Source: Rubrivivax sp. (GTDB taxonomy: Bacteria > Pseudomonadota > Gammaproteobacteria > Burkholderiales > Burkholderiaceae_C). From it: a stretch of 64,000 nucleotides of DNA. Below are positions 55,296-64,000 of this stretch, piece by piece. Below the pieces are notes generated by a model. It was not told the DNA's origin, ran no database searches, and saw nothing but the letters and a program-made list of their open reading frames with translations. Each line of letters opens with the position of its first letter. The stretch's first letter is position 1. The DNA is taken from the NCBI GenBank assembly GCA_020248915.1, contig JADCGP010000013.1, forward strand, positions 4,902 to 68,901, read 5' to 3'. The translations under genes and the position numbers were made by a program.

Positions 55296-57917
55296 ATGCC
55301 CGCAGCCGCAGACGACGGCATGCTGCACGACGGCAGCCTGATCGCGCTGCGCCGCCGGCTGCAAGAGGACAAGGCGGCCGCGCTCGCGCGCTTCCGCGCG
55401 GCGCGGCCGACCGCCACCTCCGCCTCGGCACTGCTGCGCACGCTGGCGCGCCTGGTCGACGGCGCGCTGGCCGCGGTATGGCGCCACAGCGGGATGCCCG
55501 CCGGCGCCGCACTGGCCGCCGCCGGGGGTTACGGCCGCGGAGAGCTGTTCCCGTACTCCGACGTCGACGTCGTCGTGCTGCTGCCCGAGTCGCTGACCAA
55601 CGACGAAGCCGTGCGCGGCGCGGTCGAGCGCTTCGTCGCGGCGTGCTGGGACATCGGCCTGGAGATCGGGTCGGCGGTGCGCAGCGTCGAGGAGTGCGTC
55701 GACGAGGCACGGCGCGACGTGACCATCCAGACGGCGCTGCTGGAGGCGCGCCGTGTGTGCGGCTCGCAGCCGCTGTTCGGCCGCATGCGCGCCTCCTTCG
55801 ACGCCGCGCTCGACCCGGCCGCCTTCCTGCGCGCCAAAGTGCTCGAGATGCGGCAGCGCCACGTGCGGTACGAAGGCACGCCGTACGCACTGGAGCCCAA
55901 CTGCAAGGAGAGCCCCGGCGGCCTGCGCGACCTGCAGGTGCTGATCTGGATCGCGCGCGCTGCCGGGCTCGGGCGCAAGTGGCGCGAGCTGGCGGCGCGC
56001 GGGCTGCTGACGCCGTTCGAGGTCCGCCAGCTGGTGCGCCACGAGGGCACGCTGAAGCTGATCCGCGCGCGGCTGCACGCCGTGGCCGGCCGCCGCGAGG
56101 ACCGGCTGGTGTTCGACCTGCAGGCCGCCGTGGCCGCCAGCTTCGGCCTCGAGCCGACCAAGGGCCAGCGCTCCAGCGAGGTGCTGATGCACCGCTACTA
56201 CTGGGCGGCCAAGGCGGTGACGCAGCTCAACCAGATCCTGCTGCAGGGCCTCGAGGAACGCATCGTGGGCAGCGGGGATGCGCCGATGCGGCGGATTGCC
56301 GGCGGCTTCCTCGACCGCGGCGGCATGCTCGAGGTCGAACGCGACGACCTCTACCTCGAGGACCCGCACGCCGTCCTGCGGACCTTCCTCGTGTTCCAGC
56401 AGACGCCCGGCCTGCAGGGCCTGTCCGCGCGCACGTTGCGTGCGCTGTACAACGCGCGCAACCGGATGGATGCGACGTGGCGGCGCGACCCCGTCAACCG
56501 CGAGCTGTTCATGGCGATCCTGCGCCAGCCGCGCGGCCAGACCCACGTGCTGCGCCTGATGAACCAGACTTCGGTGCTGGGGCGCTACCTGTGGGTCTTC
56601 CGCCGCATCGTCGGCCGGATGCAGCACGACCTGTTCCACGTCTACACGGTCGACCAGCACATCCTGATGGTGGTGCGCAACGTGCGACGCTTCTTCATCC
56701 CGGAGCACGCCCACGAGTACCCGTTCTGCAGCCAGCTCGCCTCGCAGTGGGACAAGCCCTGGATCCTGTGCGTGGCAGCGATCTTCCACGACGTCGCCAA
56801 GGGCCGCGGCGGCGACCACAGCGAGCTCGGCGGCTCGGAGGCGCGGCGCTTCTGCCGCGACCACGGCATCACCGGCGAGGACGCAACCCTGATCGAGTTC
56901 CTCGTGCGCGAGCACCTGACGATGAGCCGGATCGCGCAGAAGGAGGACCTGTCTGACGCCGACGTCATCGCCTCCTTCGCGCGCCGCGTCGGCACCCCGC
57001 GCCGGCTGACTGCGCTGTACCTGCTGACGGTGGCCGACATCCGGGGCACCAGTCCCAAGGTCTGGAACGCCTGGAAGGGCAAGCTGCTCGAGGACCTGTT
57101 CCGCCAGACCTTGCGCGCCCTGGGTGGCGCGCGGCCCAACCTGGACGCCGAGATCGAGGCCCGCAAGGAGGAGGCCCGCCACAACCTGGCGCTGCACTCC
57201 GAGCGTCCCGGCACGGAGGACGAGCTCTGGCGCACGCTCGAGGTGAGCTACTTCGCCCGCCACGACGCCGCCGACATCGCGTGGCACGCGCGCTCGCTGT
57301 GGCGCCACGTGCGCAGCCCGGTGCCGGTGGTCTGCGCCCGCGTGTCCTCGGTCGGCGAGGGCTTGCAGGTGTTGGTCTACTCGCCCGACGCGCCCGACCT
57401 GTTCGTGCGCATCTGCGGCTACTTCGACGGCGCCGGCTACAGCATCCAGGACGCCAAGGTACACACCACCCGCGCCGGCTGGGCGCTGGACACGTTCCAG
57501 GTCGTCAGCCAGCACGCCGAGGACGGCGCCACCGACCACCGCAGCCTGATCTCGCTGGTGGAGACGCAGCTCGCGGCGGCACTGAGGGAGACCGGGCCGC
57601 TGCCCGAGCCGCGCCACGGCCGCATCTCGCGCCGTGTCCGCAGCTTCCCGGTGATCCCGCGCGTGAGCCTGACGCCGGACGAGCGCGCGCAGCGCTGGCT
57701 GCTGACCGTCTCGGCCAGCGACCGCAGCGGCCTGCTGTACGCGGTGGCGCGCGTGCTGGCGCGCCACCACATCAACCTGCAGCTGGCCAAGGTCAGCACG
57801 CTCGGCGAGCGCGTCGAGGACACCTTCCTCGTCGACGGGCCGGCGCTGCAGCACAACAAGGCACAGCTGCGCATCGAAGGCGAGATCCTCGACGCAGTGG
57901 CCGCGCCTGCGGGCTGA
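55296..57917 (+). CDS. glnD: [Protein-PII] uridylyltransferase
   Basis: GGYGRGELFPYSDVD, KESPGGLRD, HD domain FHDVAKGRGGDH, two ACT domains; follows map. Confidence 0.96.
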   Translation: MPAAADDGMLHDGSLIALRRRLQEDKAAALARFRAARPTATSASALLRTLARLVDGALAAVWRHSGMPAGAALAAAGGYGRGELFPYSDVDVVVLLPESLTNDEAVRGAVERFVAACWDIGLEIGSAVRSVEECVDEARRDVTIQTALLEARRVCGSQPLFGRMRASFDAALDPAAFLRAKVLEMRQRHVRYEGTPYALEPNCKESPGGLRDLQVLIWIARAAGLGRKWRELAARGLLTPFEVRQLVRHEGTLKLIRARLHAVAGRREDRLVFDLQAAVAASFGLEPTKGQRSSEVLMHRYYWAAKAVTQLNQILLQGLEERIVGSGDAPMRRIAGGFLDRGGMLEVERDDLYLEDPHAVLRTFLVFQQTPGLQGLSARTLRALYNARNRMDATWRRDPVNRELFMAILRQPRGQTHVLRLMNQTSVLGRYLWVFRRIVGRMQHDLFHVYTVDQHILMVVRNVRRFFIPEHAHEYPFCSQLASQWDKPWILCVAAIFHDVAKGRGGDHSELGGSEARRFCRDHGITGEDATLIEFLVREHLTMSRIAQKEDLSDADVIASFARRVGTPRRLTALYLLTVADIRGTSPKVWNAWKGKLLEDLFRQTLRALGGARPNLDAEIEARKEEARHNLALHSERPGTEDELWRTLEVSYFARHDAADIAWHARSLWRHVRSPVPVVCARVSSVGEGLQVLVYSPDAPDLFVRICGYFDGAGYSIQDAKVHTTRAGWALDTFQVVSQHAEDGATDHRSLISLVETQLAAALRETGPLPEPRHGRISRRVRSFPVIPRVSLTPDERAQRWLLTVSASDRSGLLYAVARVLARHHINLQLAKVSTLGERVEDTFLVDGPALQHNKAQLRIEGEILDAVAAPAG

Positions 57918-57926
57918 GGGCGGGCG

Positions 57927-59021
57927 ATGGCGGTCCGGCGTGTCGCTGCGGCCGAGGCGCTGGCGCGGCTCCCGCAGTTCGGCGCCGTCCTCGACGCCCG
58001 CAGCGAGGGCGAGTACGCCGACGACCACCTCCCCGGCGCCGCGAACTGGCCTTCGCTGACGGACGCCGAGCGTGCCACGGTGGGCACGATGTACCGGCAC
58101 GACTCGCCCTTCGCGGCGCGCAAGCTCGGCGCGGTGATGGTGGCCCGCAACATCGCGGCTCACCTCGAGCGCGAGGTGCAGGACAAGCCGCGCGAGTGGC
58201 ACCCGCTCGTGTACTGCTGGCGCGGCGGCCAGCGCTCCGCGGCACTCGCCCACGTGCTGGACTCGGTGGGGTTCCCGGTCAGCGTGCTCGAGGGCGGGTA
58301 CCGCGCGTTCCGCCGCGCGGTGCTGTCGGAGCTCGACGCCCTGCCCGGCCGGCTGGCGTTCCGCGTGCTGGCCGGTCGCACCGGCAGCGCGAAGAGCCGG
58401 CTGCTGGTGTCGCTGGCAGCCGCGGGAGCGCAGGTGCTCGACCTGGAGGCGCTGGCCTGCCACCGCGGCTCGGTGCTCGGCCCGCTCCCGGGCACGGCGC
58501 AGCCGTCGCAGAAGGCCTTCGAGACCGCGCTGTGGTCGGCGCTCGCCGGCTTCGACCCCGCCCGGCCGGTGTGGGCGGAGAGCGAGAGCCGCACGATCGG
58601 CCGCCTGCGCGTGCCCGAACCGCTGCTCGAGCGGCTTCGCGCCGCGCCCTGCGTGGTGCTGCAGATGCCGCTGGACGAGCGCGTGCGCTTCCTGTGCGCG
58701 GAATACGCCCACTTCGTCACCGACACCGAGGCCTTCTGCGAGCGGCTGGCGGCACTGCGCGAGCTGCGCGGCGCCGCCGTCGTCGAGCGCTGGCAGGCCG
58801 ATGCGCGCGCCGGGCGGCACGCCGACGTCGTCCGCGAACTGCTGACAGAGCACTACGACCCGGTCTACGAGCGCTCGATGCGACGCAACTACACCGGCTT
58901 CGCGACCGGCAGCGTGCTCGAGCTTGCCGACGGTGCGCCGACGACGCTCGCTGCGGCCGCGCGCCGGCTGCTGGCGCCGCAAGCCGACCCGGCCCTGCCG
59001 GCCGGCGACGGGCGGCGCTAG
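57927..59021 (+). CDS. mnmH: tRNA 2-selenouridine synthase
   Basis: Rhodanese DARSEGEY..DH.PG, YCWRGGQRS, P-loop GRTGSAKS, HRGS, ESES..IG. Confidence 0.9.
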   Translation: MAVRRVAAAEALARLPQFGAVLDARSEGEYADDHLPGAANWPSLTDAERATVGTMYRHDSPFAARKLGAVMVARNIAAHLEREVQDKPREWHPLVYCWRGGQRSAALAHVLDSVGFPVSVLEGGYRAFRRAVLSELDALPGRLAFRVLAGRTGSAKSRLLVSLAAAGAQVLDLEALACHRGSVLGPLPGTAQPSQKAFETALWSALAGFDPARPVWAESESRTIGRLRVPEPLLERLRAAPCVVLQMPLDERVRFLCAEYAHFVTDTEAFCERLAALRELRGAAVVERWQADARAGRHADVVRELLTEHYDPVYERSMRRNYTGFATGSVLELADGAPTTLAAAARRLLAPQADPALPAGDGRR

Positions 59022-59031
59022 AGTCCCGCCG

Positions 59032-59847
59032 ATGGACGCCCGCACGCTCCCGTTCGAAGCGCGGCGCTTCGCGGTGCGCGAGGTCGGCTTCGGCCACGTC
59101 GCGCGCTGGCTCGCGCTCGGCTGGCGCGACCTCCGGCGCTGCCCGGTTCCCGGGCTGCTCCACGGGCTGGCGGCCACGACCTTCGGGCTCGCAGCCTGGC
59201 TGCTCGCCTACGACCTGTTCTGGGTGCTGGCCGGTGCCTTCAGCGGCTTCCTGCTGGTGGCGCCGATCACCGCCACCGGCGTCTACGAGCTCAGCCGGCG
59301 CCTGGAGGCCGGGGCGGATCCGAGCCTGCGCGACTCGCTGCGCATCTGGCGCGGCCGGGACGCGCGCCTGATGCACTTCGGCGTGCTGCTCGCCTTCGCC
59401 GGGACAGGCTGGGTGCTGACCTCGGCGTCCCTGGTCACCGGCTTCGCCGGCGCGCCGATCGAGCAGCCGCTCGACTTCCTGCGCCTGATCGTGCTGGCCG
59501 ACCGCGGCTGGCTGTTCGAGATCTGGCTGGTGCTCGGCGCGCTGCTCGCGGCGCCGGTCTTCGCCTCGAGCGTCATCGCCATCCCGCTGCTGATGGACCG
59601 CGACGCCACCGTGCTCGAGGCGGTGCTGGCGAGCTGGCACGCCGTGCTGGCATCGCCGGCCCCGATGGCGCTTTGGGCCGCCGTGATCCTCGGCCTGACG
59701 CTGCTCGGCATGGCGCCGCTGCTGCTGGGCCTGGTGGTGGTCGTGCCGTGGCTCGGGCACGCCAGCTGGCACGCCTACCGCGACATCGTCGACCAGTCGC
59801 CGCCGGCGCCACCGCCCGGCGCAACCCCGCCCGCCGCGCGCCGCTGA
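59032..59847 (+). CDS. DUF2189 family integral membrane protein
   Basis: WLALGWRDL, GFLLVAP, GVYELSRRLE, VVPWLGHASWHAYRD. Confidence 0.85.
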   Translation: MDARTLPFEARRFAVREVGFGHVARWLALGWRDLRRCPVPGLLHGLAATTFGLAAWLLAYDLFWVLAGAFSGFLLVAPITATGVYELSRRLEAGADPSLRDSLRIWRGRDARLMHFGVLLAFAGTGWVLTSASLVTGFAGAPIEQPLDFLRLIVLADRGWLFEIWLVLGALLAAPVFASSVIAIPLLMDRDATVLEAVLASWHAVLASPAPMALWAAVILGLTLLGMAPLLLGLVVVVPWLGHASWHAYRDIVDQSPPAPPPGATPPAARR

Positions 59848-60059
59848 TGTTCGGCTACACCGAGGAGCAGATCGCGGGCTTCGGCCTGACGTTCGGCGTC
59901 GGCGCCTTCATGCTGTACATGGTGTTCATCATCGTGCAGCTGGCGCGCGAGTCGAAGGCGGGACGCTACGGCACCTTCGTGCTGTTCCTGGCGCTCGGGG
60001 TGGGCCTGCTCGGCTTCGTTGCCAAGGGGATCATCAAGCTGATGATCGGCGGGGAGTAG
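59847..60059 (+). CDS. DUF2788 family small membrane protein
   Basis: 70 aa, two TM helices, LARESKAGRYGTFVLF; the ATG overlaps the upstream stop. Confidence 0.82.
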   Translation: MFGYTEEQIAGFGLTFGVGAFMLYMVFIIVQLARESKAGRYGTFVLFLALGVGLLGFVAKGIIKLMIGGE

Positions 60060-60150
60060 CTGCGCCGCCGGCGCGCGCGGCGGGCCCGCGGGCCGTGCCG
60101 TGCAGAGGGCGCCAGGCGCCAGGCCCCACGCGCGCCGCCCGGTGCCGCTC

Positions 60151-60888
60151 TCAGCCCATGTGCAGGCCGCCGTTGCAGCTGAAGTCGGCCCCGGTCGTGA
60201 AGCCGCTGTCGTCGCCGGCCAGCCAGCCCACGATCGATCCGATCTCCTCGGGCGTGCCCAGGCGCTTGACCGGGATGGTGGCCACGATCTTCTCCAGCAC
60301 CTCGGGCTTGATCGCGCGCACCATGTCGGTGCCGATGTAGCCCGGGCTCACCGTGTTGACGGTGACGCCCTTGCTCGCCACCTCCTGCGCCAGCGCCATC
60401 GTGAAGCCGTGCATGCCTGCCTTGGCCGCGGAGTAGTTGGTCTGGCCGGCCTGGCCCTTCTCGCCGTTGACCGAGCTGATCTGGATGATGCGGCCCCAGC
60501 CCTTCTCCACCATGCCCGGCACCACCTGCTTGGTGACGTTGAACATGCTGTTGAGGTTGGTGTCGATGACGGCCTTCCAGTCCTCGGGCGTCATCTTCAG
60601 GAACATGCGGTCGCGCGTGATGCCGGCGTTGTTGACAAGCACGTCGATCGTGCCGTGCTCGGCCGTCGCCTTGGCGAAGGCGGCCACGGTGCTGTCCCAG
60701 TCGGCCACGTTGCCCACCGAGGCGTAGAACGTGTAGCCCAGGGCCTTCTGCTCGTCGAGCCACTTGGCGTGGTCACGGCTCGGGCCGCAGCCGGCGATGA
60801 CCTTGAAGCCGTCCTTGGCCAGGCGCTGGCAGATCGCCGTGCCGATGCCGCCCATGCCTCCCGTCACGTATGCCGTCTTCTGTGCCAT
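60151..60888 (-). CDS. phaB: Acetoacetyl-CoA reductase
   Basis: TGGMGGIG, NNAGITRD, SSVNGEKGQAGQTNYSAAKAG, NGGLHMG; AGGAG RBS. Confidence 0.96.
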   Translation of the reverse strand: MAQKTAYVTGGMGGIGTAICQRLAKDGFKVIAGCGPSRDHAKWLDEQKALGYTFYASVGNVADWDSTVAAFAKATAEHGTIDVLVNNAGITRDRMFLKMTPEDWKAVIDTNLNSMFNVTKQVVPGMVEKGWGRIIQISSVNGEKGQAGQTNYSAAKAGMHGFTMALAQEVASKGVTVNTVSPGYIGTDMVRAIKPEVLEKIVATIPVKRLGTPEEIGSIVGWLAGDDSGFTTGADFSCNGGLHMG

Positions 60889-60944
60889 GTTCGTCTCCTT
60901 GGTGGGTTGATTGCAGTTGCAGGTCGCGGCTGCGGGCCGCGGGG

Positions 60945-62768
60945 TCAGGCCTTGGCCTTGACGTATCGCCCGGGCGCGGGCTCGATGGGCCTGTGCGAGC
61001 GGCTGCCCTGGGCGCGCGGCGCCGGCACCAGCCTGCCGCCGTGGCCGGCGAGCCACTTCGCCCACTCGGGCCACCAGCTGCCCGGGTGCTCCGTGGCGGT
61101 GTCGAACCAGTCCTCGGCGCGGGCGGGCGTGCGGCCGTCGATGCGGTCGTTGGTCCAGTGGCTGCGCTTGCCCTTGGCCGGCGGGTTGATCACGCCGGCG
61201 ATGTGGCCGCTGGCGCCCAGCACGAAGCGCTTGGGCGCCTTGATCAGCGGCATGCTGGCGTAGGCGGCCATCCACGGCACGATGTGATCCTCGCGCGAGC
61301 CGTAGACGAAGAACGGGGCCTCGATCCGGCCGAGATCCACTTTCTCGCCGCAGACCACGAGCTTGCCCGGCTGCCTGAGCTCGTTCTGCAGGTACATGTG
61401 GCGAAGGTACCAGCAGTACATCGGCCCGGGCAGGTTGGTGCTGTCGCCGTTCCAGTACAGCAGGTCGAAGGGCGGCGGGGTCTCGCCCTTCAGGTAGTTC
61501 CCGACGACGTAGTTCCAGACCAGGTCGTTGGGCCGCAGGAAGCTGAACGTCGCGGCGAGCTCCTTGCCCTTCAGCAGCCCGGGGCCGGAAGGGGCCTGCT
61601 CGCCGATCGTCATCTCGCGCAGCTGCACGGCGGCCTCGTCGACGAAGATGTCGAGCACGCCGGTCTCGGCGAAGTCCAGCAGCGTCGTGAGCAGCGTGAC
61701 CGATGTCGCCGGCTGCTCGCCACGCGCGGCGGCCACCGCGAGCGCCGTGGCCAGGATCGTGCCGCCGACGCAGAACCCGAGCATGTTGAAGCGGTCGACG
61801 CCTGTGATCTCGCGGATCACGCGGATCGCGGTCAGCGGGCCCTGCTCGATGTAGTCGTCCCAGGTCTTGGCCGCCAGGCTCTCGTCGGGGTTGCGCCAGC
61901 TCATCACGAACGCGCGGTGACCCTGCTCGACCGTGTAGCGGATGACCGAGTTCTCGGGCTGCAGGTCGAGGATGTAGTACTTGTTGATGCAGGGCGGAAC
62001 GAAGAGGAACGGCCGCTCGTGCACCTTGGCCGTCAGCGGGCGGTACTCGATCAGCTGGAACAGGTCGTTCTCGAACACCACCGAGCCCTCGGTGGTGGCG
62101 ACGTTGCGGCCTACCTCGAACATGCTCTCGTCGGTCTGCGAGACGTGGCCCTTGCGCAGGTCCTCGAGCAGGTGGCGCATGCCGGTGCCGATGCTCTGGC
62201 CCTGGGTCTGCACGGCCTTGGCCAACGCCTCCGGGTTCAGCGCCAGGTAGTTGGCCGGGCTGGCTGCGTCGACCCACTGTTGCACTGCGAAGCGCAGCCG
62301 CGCGCGCGTCTTCGGGTCGCCCTGCACGGCCTCGGCCATGCCCATCAGCGTGCGCGCGTTGAGCAGGTACATCTGCGCCGTGAACGCGGCCGCGGGGTTG
62401 CTCAGCCACTCCTGGCCGGCAAAACGCCGGTCGGCCAGCGCGGGCGGCTCGGCCGGGCCGCCGTTAGCCGGCACGAAGCGATGCAGCGACTGGTTCCAGA
62501 TCTCCCCGGCGCTGCGAAGGTAGTCACCCTGCATCTCGGCCAGACGGTCGGGCGCGAGGCTCAGGCCCGACATCGATTTCCACAGGTCGCCGACGGCCGA
62601 GCCGAAAGCATCGGCCGGGTCGGTGGCGGCCGCAGCGAAGGCGTCCGCCTCCGGGGCAGTGTCAGCGGGGGCCACCGCCCTGGGGGCGGCGCCAGTGCGG
62701 GCCGCCGCCCTAGGGGCGGCGGGTGCGGCAGCGCGGCGCGCTGCGCGGGGCTTGCTCTTCGTGGCCAT
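60945..62768 (-). CDS. phaC: Class I poly(3-hydroxyalkanoate) synthase
   Basis: PPCINKYYILDL, lipase box GFCVGG, WNGDST, SGHIAG, PGRYVK; GGAGA RBS before ATG 62768. Confidence 0.96.
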   Translation of the reverse strand: MATKSKPRAARRAAAPAAPRAAARTGAAPRAVAPADTAPEADAFAAAATDPADAFGSAVGDLWKSMSGLSLAPDRLAEMQGDYLRSAGEIWNQSLHRFVPANGGPAEPPALADRRFAGQEWLSNPAAAFTAQMYLLNARTLMGMAEAVQGDPKTRARLRFAVQQWVDAASPANYLALNPEALAKAVQTQGQSIGTGMRHLLEDLRKGHVSQTDESMFEVGRNVATTEGSVVFENDLFQLIEYRPLTAKVHERPFLFVPPCINKYYILDLQPENSVIRYTVEQGHRAFVMSWRNPDESLAAKTWDDYIEQGPLTAIRVIREITGVDRFNMLGFCVGGTILATALAVAAARGEQPATSVTLLTTLLDFAETGVLDIFVDEAAVQLREMTIGEQAPSGPGLLKGKELAATFSFLRPNDLVWNYVVGNYLKGETPPPFDLLYWNGDSTNLPGPMYCWYLRHMYLQNELRQPGKLVVCGEKVDLGRIEAPFFVYGSREDHIVPWMAAYASMPLIKAPKRFVLGASGHIAGVINPPAKGKRSHWTNDRIDGRTPARAEDWFDTATEHPGSWWPEWAKWLAGHGGRLVPAPRAQGSRSHRPIEPAPGRYVKAKA

Positions 62769-62916
62769 GTCTCCTGGCATCTCCATGCTCTGCATGCGCG
62801 TGGCGATGCTGCCATCATGCGCGCTACTGCGGGTTGTAGGGCGTTCGGCTGACTGGCGCATGACGAAGGGCCTTCCCGCCATCCGCAAGCCGTTTCACCG
62901 TCCCGGCCCCCTTCCC

Positions 62917-63303
62917 ATGCACCTGATCGCCATCGGCTGGATCTACGTCGTGCTGATGATGGCTGTCGCCGAGGCGCTGTCCAGCCAGGGCAGTGTGATC
63001 GGGGCGGTGTTCACCTTCCTGTTGTATGGGGTGCTGCCGCTGGCCATCGTGCTCTACATCGTGGCCACGCCGGCGCGCAAGAAGGCCCTTCGGCTGGCCG
63101 AGCAGCGCGAGGCGGCCCACGTCGCGGCCGCGGCGCCGGTCGCCGACCCGCCCGCCGGGTCGGCGGCCGTCGCCGAGGCCACGCTGGCCTCGCCAGCCTC
63201 GCCGGCCTCCCCGGCCGACCTGCCCTACCCACCCTCAGCGCCGCCAGACCGCGGCGGCCATGCGGCCGGTGCGGCCCTCGCGCCGGAACGAAAAGAACCT
63301 TGA
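62917..63303 (+). CDS. Small two-TM hypothetical protein
   Basis: IAIGWIYVVLMMAVAEA...FLLYGVLPLAIVLYI then a low-complexity tail that overlaps the pgeF 3' end. Confidence 0.7.
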   Translation: MHLIAIGWIYVVLMMAVAEALSSQGSVIGAVFTFLLYGVLPLAIVLYIVATPARKKALRLAEQREAAHVAAAAPVADPPAGSAAVAEATLASPASPASPADLPYPPSAPPDRGGHAAGAALAPERKEP

Positions 63304-63999
63304 CGCGTCGCTGGCGGTGCAGGCAGAGGTGGCCTGCACGTCGGCGAGCCCCATGACCCGCAGGCGCTGCGCTGCCAGGCCCTGCAGGTCGGCAAGCCAG
63401 CGGGCACTGCCGTCGGCCCGCGGCCGGAACGCGAAGTGCGGCAGGTCGTGCGGCGCAGGCTGCGTGCCGAAGGCCTGGAGGACGTCGGCGCGGACCTCGA
63501 AGCGCTGAGGGCCGATGCAGGGCCCCAGCCACGCGCACAGGACGGCAGGACGGCAACCGCTGCCCTCGCAGATCGCCTCGACGAGGCTCTCGACCACGCC
63601 GGCCGCCAGGCCCCGCCAGCCCGCGTGCGCAGCGCCCACCGCGGCGCCGTCGCACCGCGCCAGCAGCACGGGCAGGCAGTCGGCCGCCCCGACGATGCAG
63701 GCGATGCCCCGCTCGGAGGTCCAGCAGGCATCGGCCGCGGCATCGGGGTGCTCGAGCGTCGCCGCGTCGAGCCGCAGCACGTCCTTGCCGTGCACCTGGC
63801 GCAGCCAGACCGGCCGCGCCCCGCCCAGCGCGGCGACGAAGCGGCGCCGGTTCTCGGCCACGGCCTGCGGGTCGTCGTCGACCCCGGCCCCGAGATTCAG
63901 GCTGTCCCAGGGCGCCGCGCTGACGCCGCCGCCCCGCGTGCTCATCGCCGCGCCCACGCCCGGCACCGACCACGGCGCCGCCAGCAGCGGCAGCGACGC
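63235..63999 (-). CDS. pgeF: Peptidoglycan editing factor / purine nucleoside phosphorylase YfiH (5' end outside window)
   Basis: STRGGGVS, LNLG, QVHG, ADCLP, HAGWRG, GPCIG, FFSFRR, GRM. Confidence 0.92.
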   Translation of the reverse strand, partial: ASLPLLAAPWSVPGVGAAMSTRGGGVSAAPWDSLNLGAGVDDDPQAVAENRRRFVAALGGARPVWLRQVHGKDVLRLDAATLEHPDAAADACWTSERGIACIVGAADCLPVLLARCDGAAVGAAHAGWRGLAAGVVESLVEAICEGSGCRPAVLCAWLGPCIGPQRFEVRADVLQAFGTQPAPHDLPHFAFRPRADGSARWLADLQGLAAQRLRVMGLADVQATSACTASDASRFFSFRREGRTGRMAAAVWRR

Positions 64000-64000
64000 G

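Noticed and set aside
60060-60150. GC-rich palindromes and a GGCGCCA tandem between DUF2788 and phaB
   Set aside because: Short low-complexity stems between convergent genes; at most a terminator, with no defined repeat unit.
62769-62860. PhaR operator upstream of phaC
   Set aside because: TGC triplets are frequent but form no clean dyad, so this is too weak to list as a feature.

Overview
A very GC-rich (roughly 70-75% by eye, not computed) chromosomal segment, most consistent with a Burkholderiales betaproteobacterium of the Rubrivivax/Ideonella type. That placement is inferred from gene order (tyrA-aroA/cmk-rpsA-ihfB-lapAB; smc-zipA-ligA; dapC-dapD-pilU-dapE-prmB; pgeF-phaC-phaB). It holds 55 protein-coding genes (two truncated by the window edges) and is mostly core housekeeping: aromatic amino acid, DAP and purine synthesis, LPS, replication, chromosome segregation, SOS, oxidative stress and PHA. 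I found no rRNA, tRNA, CRISPR array, transposase, integrase, prophage or clear pseudogene, and no large multi-gene novel system is evident. The best leads are small. (1) A PEP-CTERM choice-of-anchor-I protein sits behind a three-repeat Pho-box-like promoter. (2) Two translationally coupled, mutually paralogous hypothetical genes lie downstream of the lexA operon. (3) Seven genes show an exact -10 hexamer/7 nt/ATG leaderless layout. (4) Tandem LexA boxes overlap the promoter of a divergent asparaginase. (5) A sigma70 promoter and IHF site are embedded in cmk ahead of rpsA-ihfB. (6) A 2-keto-4-pentenoate-hydratase homologue carries a signal peptide. (7) DUF4254 lies between two GT9 heptosyltransferases. 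Most long ORFs in the supplied track are antisense or off-frame shadows typical of high GC DNA.
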